Source: Clostridiales bacterium
GTDB lineage: Bacteria; Bacillota; Clostridia; Tissierellales; Dethiosulfatibacteraceae
Length of the DNA stretch: 40,823 nt
Direction of reading: 5' to 3'
Assembly: GCA_003539375.1 (NCBI GenBank)
Contig: DPPH01000052.1
Location: 10,743 to 51,565 of the forward strand
In this document: piece by piece, positions 1 to 7,136 of the stretch
How positions within the stretch are numbered: the first letter of the stretch is position 1
Layout of the letters: each line of letters begins with the position of its first letter
The notes under the pieces: model-generated
Database searches by the model: none
What the model saw: the letters and a program-made list of their open reading frames with translations, nothing else
What the model was told of the DNA's origin: nothing
Made by a program: the position numbers and the translations under genes

Positions 1-2
1 GT

Positions 3-191
3 AGACAAATCTTAGGAGCTGTTATAGGAGGATTGCTAATGGGATACGGGGCTAGAATAGCTTTTGGATGTAATATTGGAGCACTATATAGTGGTATTTC
101 CACCCTGTCTTTATCCGGCTGGATTTATGGAATATTTATGTTTTTAGGTGCAGTAATAGGTAGCAAAATGCTTATGAAATTTTTTATATAA
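3..191 (+). CDS. 3' end of a YeeE/YedE-family sulfur (thiosulfate) / selenium-compound transporter gene; the 5' part lies outside the window
   Basis: Frame 3 is open from the window edge to TAA at 189-191. It reads RQILGAVIGGLLMGYGARIAFGCNIGALYSGISTLSLSGWIYGIFMFLGAVIGSKMLMKFFI, a Gly-rich TM segment with the FGCNxG cysteine loop typical of YeeE/YedE (Sulf_transp) proteins. It is absent from the ORF track because it has no start codon in the window. Confidence 0.55.
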   Translation, partial: RQILGAVIGGLLMGYGARIAFGCNIGALYSGISTLSLSGWIYGIFMFLGAVIGSKMLMKFFI

Positions 192-193
192 CT

Positions 194-1750
194 TTAATTT
201 GTAACTTTGTAGATTTTTACATTCCAAACATCCTCATACATATACATGCTTAACCTCATAGCGTAAGGGCTGTCAAATTGATGAATCAATTGACAGTTTT
301 CTTTTATGTATGATTCCATATCTTCGTAGTAGTAGTACAGATTACCATAAATGAAATTCCATACAGGTCTGCTGTTGTATATAAAATCCATTTCTTCTGG
401 ATATATTATATACTCTATGTTATTTTTTTGTATATATTCAGAGAAAGACATATCATTTTCTTTCAAAAAATGCAGATTCCTATAATCATATAAAGTATTA
501 TTGTGGAAATAATACTCAGTATTTAAGTTAGCTAAAACTGTTGATTCATCATCTATGTAATCACCAATATTTTCTAAATAATTTTTGTAATCATTATTTA
601 AATAAGGAATTATACTGAATATTGATATTATAAGTAAAACCAATGATAAAAAAAGTATCAGGATATTTTTATATTTAAAACTTCTTATGTTTTCAGCAAA
701 TAGAATCCAGAAGAATGGAAAAAGAAAAATAATACTGGTTTGATTATATCTTCCAATAACTATGTAAGTAATATTAATAGCCCCAATAATAAAAATTAAC
801 ATTCCTAGAAATCTAAATTTATCCGTGTTTTTCTTAATTAAAAACCTAACAAAACTGATTATATAAATAATTGAGAATAAAAGCAGTTGTAATTTAATAT
901 TAGGGATATAATAGGTTCCACTTACTTGATAGAAAAGCTTAAGATAAAAGTTTTTGATTTCACCTATCCTGTCTGTTGGCTTCGCAAAAACATTAAATTG
1001 ATCTCCAAATTCCTTATAATTTTGGAAAAAATTTGGATCAAAGTACAAATTTAAACCAACAAAAATAGCAGCAAAACTACCGGTAACTATAACATATACT
1101 AGCATAGATTTAAGGGTAGATTTTTTTCCAAATACTATATCGTAGATATACATAGAACCTAACACAGCAGCTATGAATAGACTATTAGGGTGAATTCCTA
1201 TATTTAAACCAGTTATTATACCAAGGACAATAGATTTCTTTAATGAATCTTCATATTTAATATAATAGAAAAAAACGAAAATCATAAAAAAAAGAATTAC
1301 AGCTTCTTGTCTTGCAAAATGTGAAGTATATATGAAGTGTATATCAAAAGCTAAAAGTACTGTAACTAAAAAAGACAGTTTACTAGAATTGAAAATTCTT
1401 AAGGATATTTTATAAATAAAATATAAAGAACCTATACTAAACAAAAGGGATATCAACCTAAAAGCAAATAAATTATATCCGAAAACCATCATAAATAATC
1501 CCTGAATATAATGGAAAAATATTTTTATACTGTGGGGAAATCTTGGAAGTAGGTCAAAAAAAGATTCGGTAACAATAGGAGTACCTTTTTCTATATACAA
1601 TCTTGACAAACCACTTAACCAAGATTCATCAGAATGCATAAAAGGATACTTTGTTAAAAATATAATGTTAAATATAAAATACAATGTTAAAAATAATGCA
1701 ATATATTTTTGGTCGAATTTATTTTTTATTTCTATTAAATATCTTTTCAT
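194..1750 (-). CDS. Polytopic membrane protein, GT-C fold glycosyltransferase (family 39 / PMT_2 / ArnT-like)
   Basis: 518 aa with many hydrophobic helices. The first extracytoplasmic loop has an acidic motif (FMHSDESWLSG), as in the DE/DxD loop of GT-C enzymes. A non-hydrophobic C-terminal domain of roughly 130 aa follows. Family call is by eye only. Confidence 0.5.
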   Translation of the reverse strand: MKRYLIEIKNKFDQKYIALFLTLYFIFNIIFLTKYPFMHSDESWLSGLSRLYIEKGTPIVTESFFDLLPRFPHSIKIFFHYIQGLFMMVFGYNLFAFRLISLLFSIGSLYFIYKISLRIFNSSKLSFLVTVLLAFDIHFIYTSHFARQEAVILFFMIFVFFYYIKYEDSLKKSIVLGIITGLNIGIHPNSLFIAAVLGSMYIYDIVFGKKSTLKSMLVYVIVTGSFAAIFVGLNLYFDPNFFQNYKEFGDQFNVFAKPTDRIGEIKNFYLKLFYQVSGTYYIPNIKLQLLLFSIIYIISFVRFLIKKNTDKFRFLGMLIFIIGAINITYIVIGRYNQTSIIFLFPFFWILFAENIRSFKYKNILILFLSLVLLIISIFSIIPYLNNDYKNYLENIGDYIDDESTVLANLNTEYYFHNNTLYDYRNLHFLKENDMSFSEYIQKNNIEYIIYPEEMDFIYNSRPVWNFIYGNLYYYYEDMESYIKENCQLIHQFDSPYAMRLSMYMYEDVWNVKIYKVTN

Positions 1751-1933
1751 AAAATACCATCTTTCATTTAAATATCAATAAATATTATACATAAAAATCA
1801 ACAAAAAATAAAGGATATAACCTAATCAAATACAGTATAATAAAAGACGGTATCAAAATGAAAACCTTTTATCATATAATATATTGTGTATTATTTAACA
1901 ATTAATTTCAAAATGAAAGGAATGGAGGTAGAG

Positions 1934-2851
1934 ATGCGAAAAATATCTTTAATATTGATTGCTTCCTTACTTCTAGCGTCAGTAGCTGGTCTAAGTGGTT
2001 GTGCTACATATGATTTCGCTGAAGAAGGGACAGTTATAATTTCACCAAGTGAAGCTTTAGAATTAGTAAAGGAAGAAAATGTAGTACTTATTGATGCTCG
2101 AAACGAAGCTGAATATGAAGCATATCATGTAGAAGGTGCTGTAAATATACCGAGAAGTGCAATAGTTACAGATAAGCCGTATCCAAATATGTTGGCACCA
2201 AAAGTTCGTATTGAAAATGTTATGGGCAATAGTGGTATATCTAATGATACATTAGTAGTTGTTTATGATAATAACAAAAATATGGATGCAGCTAGATTAT
2301 GGTGGACGCTTTTAGTATATGGACATGAAAATGCAAAAATCATAAACGGTGGAGTAAATGCTCTAGCTAAAGATGGAGTTGAATTTGTTCAGGAAGTTCC
2401 TGAAGTAGAAAAAGCTCAATTTACAGCTGAAGAACTTAATACAGATTACATTGCAACAAAAGAAGAAATTGAAGGTTATCTAAACGAACCTCAAGAAGAC
2501 ATTCTACTTTTAGATACAAGAACCCAAGAAGAATATGCAGCGGGAACTATACCAGGGTCAGTACTATATAATTTTGAAAACAATAATTATTCAACTGGAG
2601 CTTTTAAATCTCCAAAAGACATTCAAAATGATTATATTGATATTGGGATAACTCCAGATCAAACAATTGTAATGTTTTGTAAAACTTCTATAAGAGGAGC
2701 CCAATCATTTGCAGCCTTATATAATGCTGGATACAGAAATTTAAAGCTATATGATGGAGCATGGGTAGAATGGAGCGATAGTGATGAAGTGCCAGCTGAA
2801 GAACCAGCTGATACACCAGCACCGCCACCATCATCTTCAGATGGAAGTTGA
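1934..2851 (+). CDS. Exported two-domain rhodanese (thiosulfate/3-mercaptopyruvate sulfurtransferase-like) lipoprotein
   Basis: ORF 1886-2851 trimmed to ATG 1934, which is preceded by GGAGG at 1924-1928. Signal peptide MRKISLILIASLLLASVAGLSGC has a lipobox. The N-terminal rhodanese domain is inactive (VVVYDNNKNMDAARLWW) and the C-terminal domain is catalytic (loop FCKTSIRG). Pro/Ser-rich C-terminal tail: EEPADTPAPPPSSSDGS. Confidence 0.85.
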   Translation: MRKISLILIASLLLASVAGLSGCATYDFAEEGTVIISPSEALELVKEENVVLIDARNEAEYEAYHVEGAVNIPRSAIVTDKPYPNMLAPKVRIENVMGNSGISNDTLVVVYDNNKNMDAARLWWTLLVYGHENAKIINGGVNALAKDGVEFVQEVPEVEKAQFTAEELNTDYIATKEEIEGYLNEPQEDILLLDTRTQEEYAAGTIPGSVLYNFENNNYSTGAFKSPKDIQNDYIDIGITPDQTIVMFCKTSIRGAQSFAALYNAGYRNLKLYDGAWVEWSDSDEVPAEEPADTPAPPPSSSDGS

Positions 2852-2902
2852 TAAATAAATTAAATTTAGGGGTTAAAAATTAAATCAAATAGGAGGATTT
2901 AA

Positions 2903-4726
2903 ATGAACACACTTTTAAAAAGATTTTTAGTATTACTTACTGTAATAGCATTAGTATTTAGTATGGCAGCCTGCTCTCCAAGTGAAGAGCCAGCTGAAGA
3001 ACCAGAACAGGAAGAACCGGCTGAAGAGCCAGAAGAGGAAGAACCAGCTGAAGAGCCAGCTGAAATTGATCCGGCAACAGTTGAAGCTGCTGTAAATAGT
3101 TATTTTTCTGAAATGCCAGAAGATATTTATAAAATTGGACAGGCAGATTTCATAGAAAAAGTAGCTAACGGCGAAGACATGTTTGTTCTCGATATAAGAC
3201 AGGCAGATGCTTATGCTGAGGGACATATAATAGGAGCATATAATGCACCATGGGGCCCGGCAATAGCTGAAAACTTGGATAAATTACCAACGGACAAAAC
3301 TGTTTATGTTTACTGTTATTCAGGACAGACTGCAGGTCAAGCTGTAGCTACATTAAACATGGCTGGTATCGATGCAAAATCAGTAAACTTAGGTTTTAAC
3401 TATGGTATATCAAAAGTAGAAGGATACGAAGATTATATTGAAACTTATGAATATGAATTTGGTCCTGCGATTACAGATATAGATCCATCAATCCAAATGG
3501 CATTGACTGAATATTATGAAGGATTAGCAGATGTAGCAGGAACAACTTATGCAAATTACAAAATAAGTGAAGCAGACCTTAACACACTAATAGAAGAAGG
3601 CGACGACAGCATATATATATTATCTATTAGAGGTGAGGATGCATACAACGAAGGACATATAACTGGAGCTGAGTTACTACCATTTGGTAAAGGAATGCAA
3701 GAAGGATTCGGAGATTTACCAAAAGATAAAACCATCGTAGTATACTGCTACACAGGACAAACAGCAGGTCAAACCGTAGCAGGTCTTAGACTTTTAGGAT
3801 ACGATGCAGTTTCTTTAAATGGTGGTATTGGAATGCCTTCAAATTCACCTTTAGGATGGGTAAATCAAGGTTATCCACTTCATAACCAAGAGGGAACTGA
3901 AAATGTAGTGGAAGATGCAGCAATGGCTTATTTTGCTAACTTATCAGATGACATTAATAAAATTGGACAGGCTGAATTTTTAGAAAAAGTTGAAGCTGGA
4001 GAAGATATGTTTGTTCTTGATATAAGACAGGCAGATGCTTATGCTGAAGGTCACGTAAAAGGCGCTTACAACGCACCTTGGGGCCCTGCAATTGCAGAAA
4101 ATTTAGCAAAAATACCTCAGTTACCATCAGGGACTCCGGTTTATGTATACTGTTATTCAGGACAAACAGCAGGTCAAGCTGTAGCTACATTGAGAGTTGC
4201 AGGTATAGATGCTATATCAGTAAACTTAGGATTTAACTATGGAATAGCAAAAGTTGATGGATATGAAGCATATTTAGAGACAGAAGCTAATGAATTTGGC
4301 GAGGACGTAGCAGAAGTTGATCCAACCATTCAAGCAGCTATTACTGATTACTATGAAGGATTAGCAGATGTGGCTGGAACTACTTATGCAAACTATAAAA
4401 TTAGTGAAGCAGATCTTAATAGCCTAATCGAAGCTGAAGATGATAGCATATATGTGCTGTCAATAAGAAGTCAAAGTGCTTATGATGAAGGACATATACC
4501 TACTGCTGAACTTTTACCATTTGGTAAAGGAATGCAGGAAGGGTTCAGTGACTTACCAAAGGATAAGACTATTGTAGTTTACTGCTATACTGGTCAAACG
4601 GCTGGTCAAACAGTTGGAATATTGAGACTTTTAGGATACGATGCAGTTTCTCTTAACGGTGGAGTTGGAATGGAATCCAATGCACCATTAGGATGGGCAA
4701 ACCAAGGATTTGAATTAGTACAATAA
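2903..4726 (+). CDS. Exported lipoprotein with four rhodanese domains (A-B-A'-B'), each with an intact catalytic Cys loop
   Basis: 607 aa. Signal peptide ends in a lipobox-like MAAC, followed by an acidic EEPAE linker. Four rhodanese domains carry loops VYCYSGQTAGQ / VYCYTGQTAGQ / VYCYSGQTAGQ / VYCYTGQTAGQ (C-x-x-G-x-T spacing of sulfurtransferase-type rhodaneses such as GlpE). RBS AGGAGG lies upstream of ATG 2903. Confidence 0.85.
   Translation: MNTLLKRFLVLLTVIALVFSMAACSPSEEPAEEPEQEEPAEEPEEEEPAEEPAEIDPATVEAAVNSYFSEMPEDIYKIGQADFIEKVANGEDMFVLDIRQADAYAEGHIIGAYNAPWGPAIAENLDKLPTDKTVYVYCYSGQTAGQAVATLNMAGIDAKSVNLGFNYGISKVEGYEDYIETYEYEFGPAITDIDPSIQMALTEYYEGLADVAGTTYANYKISEADLNTLIEEGDDSIYILSIRGEDAYNEGHITGAELLPFGKGMQEGFGDLPKDKTIVVYCYTGQTAGQTVAGLRLLGYDAVSLNGGIGMPSNSPLGWVNQGYPLHNQEGTENVVEDAAMAYFANLSDDINKIGQAEFLEKVEAGEDMFVLDIRQADAYAEGHVKGAYNAPWGPAIAENLAKIPQLPSGTPVYVYCYSGQTAGQAVATLRVAGIDAISVNLGFNYGIAKVDGYEAYLETEANEFGEDVAEVDPTIQAAITDYYEGLADVAGTTYANYKISEADLNSLIEAEDDSIYVLSIRSQSAYDEGHIPTAELLPFGKGMQEGFSDLPKDKTIVVYCYTGQTAGQTVGILRLLGYDAVSLNGGVGMESNAPLGWANQGFELVQ
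2984..3064 (+). repeat. Imperfect in-frame tandem repeat encoding (E)EEPAE units (acidic Pro-rich linker)
   Basis: gaagagccagctgaa / gaaccagaacaggaa / gaaccggctgaagag / ccagaagaggaagaa / ccagctgaagagccagctgaa. Translation: EEPAEEPEQEEPAEEPEEEEPAEEPAE. Confidence 0.75.
3074..4723 (+). repeat. Intragenic direct tandem duplication: unit 1 = 3074-3901, unit 2 = 3902-4723, each encoding a two-rhodanese module
   Basis: aa 58-333 and 334-607 align end to end. Long identical stretches include GEDMFVLDIRQADAYAEGH, GAYNAPWGPAIAENL, YVYCYSGQTAGQAVATL, YYEGLADVAGTTYANYKISEADLN, ELLPFGKGMQEGF and DLPKDKTIVVYCYTGQTAGQTV. The DNA matches too: atgtttgtt at 3179 versus 4007, an in-frame offset of 828 nt. Confidence 0.9.
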
Positions 4727-4744
4727 TTTGAAAAAATAATGGAA

Positions 4745-4777
4745 GGTGGTCTTCAAAGGACCGCCTTTTTTCTTTTT
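4745..4777 (+). terminator. Rho-independent terminator after the rhodanese genes
   Basis: GGTGGTCT (4745-4752) pairs with GGACCGCC (4758-4765), including two G-U pairs, around a 5-nt loop. TTTTTTCTTTTT follows. Confidence 0.7.
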
Positions 4778-4784
4778 GAATATG

Positions 4785-4793
4785 TGGTATAAT
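4785..4793 (+). promoter_or_regulatory. Extended -10 promoter element (TGgTATAAT) for the selU gene
   Basis: TGG at 4785-4787 followed by TATAAT at 4788-4793, about 20 nt upstream of ATG 4815. No good -35 element seen. Confidence 0.4.
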
Positions 4794-4814
4794 AATCTAT
4801 TATAGGAGGGAAAA

Positions 4815-5852
4815 ATGCTTATAACTAGACCGTATGAAAAATTAAAAGACAACAGCATATTTATTGATGTAAGAAGTCCTGGAGAGCATAGTTCTGAAAG
4901 GATAATAGATTCTATAAACATCCCATTATTTAATGATGAAGAAAGAAGCCTCATAGGTACTGCATATAAACAGCAAAGTGTTACTGAAGCTAGAAGACTT
5001 GGAGTTGAAATTGTATCCAAAAAACTACCTAATTTTTTTGGAAAAATTAATGAATTAATTGATTCAGAAGATAAGCAGCTTGCGGCATACTGTGCGAGAG
5101 GTGGGTATAGAAGTACTTTTTTTGCTTCTGCATTCTCATCCGTTGGAATGAATATAATAAAAGTAGATGGTGGTTACAAAAAATACAGAAAATATATATA
5201 TGAAAATCTTCCTAAACTTAATGACAAAATGAAATATATAGTGATTCACGGTAATACAGGAGTAGGTAAAACTGAGATACTTAATGAATTAAAAAAAGAA
5301 GGTGAGTATATACTTGATTTTGAAAAGGCAGCAAACCACAGAGGGTCACTACTAGGAGGGATAGGACTAGGAGAACCTAGCAGTCAAAAAAACTTTGAAT
5401 CTAAAATATTTAATTACATGGATAAAGCAAAAGATGATTATATTTTTGTGGAAGCAGAAAGTAGAAGAGTTGGAAGTGCAATGATACCAAAATATATCCA
5501 TGATAAGATGAAATCGGGTATACACATATATGTAGATGCAAGTACTGAGAAAAGAATAGAGATACTAAGGAATGATTATATTCAAAACAAGTTTTGGAAA
5601 GAAGAATCCATAAAAAACATAGATAGATTGAAGAAATATATCTCAAAAGAAAGGATAAAAGAATTAAAAAATAAAGTTGAAAATAACGATTTTGACTATG
5701 TAGCTAAAGAATTAATGATAAATTACTACGATTCAATGTATCAAAATAAGTCTAAAGAATATGACTATGATTTGGAGTTGAAAAACGATAATTCTTATAA
5801 AACTGCTATAGAAATAATTAACTGGAAAAAAGAAAATATTCTTGGCAAATAG
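4815..5852 (+). CDS. selU: tRNA 2-selenouridine synthase (rhodanese domain + P-loop domain)
   Basis: 345 aa. The N-terminal rhodanese region resembles E. coli SelU/MnmH/YbbB: IDVRSPGEH, NIPLFNDEERSLIGTAYKQQ, catalytic AYCARGGYRS, VDGGYKKYR. It is followed by Walker A HGNTGVGKTE. RBS AGGAGGG lies before the ATG. Confidence 0.85.
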   Translation: MLITRPYEKLKDNSIFIDVRSPGEHSSERIIDSINIPLFNDEERSLIGTAYKQQSVTEARRLGVEIVSKKLPNFFGKINELIDSEDKQLAAYCARGGYRSTFFASAFSSVGMNIIKVDGGYKKYRKYIYENLPKLNDKMKYIVIHGNTGVGKTEILNELKKEGEYILDFEKAANHRGSLLGGIGLGEPSSQKNFESKIFNYMDKAKDDYIFVEAESRRVGSAMIPKYIHDKMKSGIHIYVDASTEKRIEILRNDYIQNKFWKEESIKNIDRLKKYISKERIKELKNKVENNDFDYVAKELMINYYDSMYQNKSKEYDYDLELKNDNSYKTAIEIINWKKENILGK

Positions 5853-5870
5853 TATTAAAAATGCTATAAT
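5842..5870 (+). promoter_or_regulatory. Near-consensus sigma-A promoter: TTGGCA - 17 nt - TGcTATAAT
   Basis: -35 TTGGCA at 5842-5847 (inside the last codons of selU), 17-nt spacer, TG at 5862-5863, TATAAT at 5865-5870. It lies 28 nt upstream of ATG 5898. Confidence 0.6.
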
Positions 5871-5884
5871 AGAACAAACGTTCT
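5871..5884 (+). promoter_or_regulatory. LexA (SOS / Cheo) box aGAACaaacGTTCt
   Basis: Perfect GAAC-N4-GTTC palindrome (GAAC 5872-5875, GTTC 5880-5883) starting immediately after the -10 hexamer, so it covers the expected transcription start. It matches the Gram-positive LexA/DinR consensus CGAAC-N4-GTTCG in the core. Confidence 0.65.
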
Positions 5885-5897
5885 TTATGGTGATAAT

Positions 5898-7127
5898 ATG
5901 GATAATTTAATAACAAAACTTAAAATTTTAGCTGAAGGTGCAAAATATGATGTATCATGCTCATCTAGCGGTGTAGAGAGAAAAAATAAGGGTAAAATTG
6001 GCAGTTCGAGGTCTTTTGGAATATGTCATACATGGTCAAGTGATGGTAGATGTATATCATTACTTAAGGTGTTGATGTCTAACAACTGCATTTATGATTG
6101 TACCTACTGTATTAATAGGGTTAGCAATGATATAAAGAGAGCTTCTTTTTCTCCGGAAGAAATAGCAAAACTAACTTTTGAATTTTATAGGAGAAATTAT
6201 ATTGAAGGTCTTTTTTTGTCTTCGGCAGTAGAAAAAAATCCTGACTACACATCTGAAAATATTTGTAAAGCTCTGGAAATACTTAGGTTTAAATACGGAT
6301 TTTCTGGATATATTCATGTGAAAGGAATTCCTAATACTTCTAAAGATTTAATGAATAAACTAGGATTTTTAGCTGATAGACTAAGTATAAATATAGAATT
6401 ACCAAGTGAAAAGAGTTTAAAACTTTTGGCTCCTCAGAAAAAAACAAAAACTCTACTTCTGCCGATGAGAGATTTAAATAACAAAATAATGGAAAATAGA
6501 GATGAAAGAAGCAGATATAAAAAGGCTAAAAAATTTTTACCTGCAGGACAAACGACCCAGATGATTGTAGGAGCATCTCAGGATAGTGATTATCAACTTT
6601 TAAAGACCAGTCAAATACTATATGATAAGTTTAGTTTAAAAAGAGTTTTTTATTCAGCATATATACCGGTGGTTGAAAACTCACTGCTACCGGCTGTCAA
6701 CACAAAACCTCCTTTAAAAAGAGAGCACAGATTATATCAGGCTGATTGGCTCTTAAGGTTTTATAACTTTAGAGCGGATGAATTACTATCTGAAGAAATT
6801 AGAAATTTCGACTTGGAGTTCGATCCCAAAATCAATTGGGCTTTCAATAACATTGGCCAGTTTCCAAAAGAAATAAACAAGGTATCCTATGACGAGCTTT
6901 TAAGAATACCAGGGATAGGTCCAAAATCAGCAGGAAGAATAGTAAAAGAGAGAAAATTTTTCCCTTTAAACTATGATAATCTAAAAAGAATTGGAGTGGT
7001 ATTGAAAAGAGCAAAATATTTTATAACTTGCAGTGGAAAATACTACGGTGGTATAGATATTAGTCCCGAGTTAATTAAGTACAAATTAGGAGAAATGGAA
7101 AACAGCCGACAGATATCATTTTTTTAA
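5898..7127 (+). CDS. Putative DNA modification/repair radical SAM protein (TIGR03916-like) with C-terminal helix-hairpin-helix
   Basis: 409 aa. CxxxCxxC cluster motif NNCIYDCTYCIN. C-terminal HhH LLRIPGIGPKSAGRIV. Always-paired partner gene lies immediately downstream. Confidence 0.85.
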   Translation: MDNLITKLKILAEGAKYDVSCSSSGVERKNKGKIGSSRSFGICHTWSSDGRCISLLKVLMSNNCIYDCTYCINRVSNDIKRASFSPEEIAKLTFEFYRRNYIEGLFLSSAVEKNPDYTSENICKALEILRFKYGFSGYIHVKGIPNTSKDLMNKLGFLADRLSINIELPSEKSLKLLAPQKKTKTLLLPMRDLNNKIMENRDERSRYKKAKKFLPAGQTTQMIVGASQDSDYQLLKTSQILYDKFSLKRVFYSAYIPVVENSLLPAVNTKPPLKREHRLYQADWLLRFYNFRADELLSEEIRNFDLEFDPKINWAFNNIGQFPKEINKVSYDELLRIPGIGPKSAGRIVKERKFFPLNYDNLKRIGVVLKRAKYFITCSGKYYGGIDISPELIKYKLGEMENSRQISFF

Positions 7128-7136
7128 GGAGGTCAA

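Noticed and set aside
1886-1933. Longer N-terminal extensions offered by the ORF track: 1886 for the rhodanese, 18318 for hutH, 19908 for the small ORF, 31717 for the beta-CASP gene, 39045 for mnhC, 40001 for the DUF4040 gene
   Set aside because: In each case an internal ATG with a properly spaced GGAGG/AAGGAG-type RBS gives the canonical N-terminus (signal peptide, MGKVLIDG, MKIKFTGAAG and so on). The upstream extension overlaps the preceding gene or lacks an RBS.
2951-3226. 91-aa antisense ORF across the EEPAE repeat; also 4715-5020 (-), 101 aa
   Set aside because: The first is the reverse translation of a low-complexity repeat (FSWLFSWFFLFWLFS...). The second spans a terminator and the selU start. 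Neither has an RBS or family resemblance.
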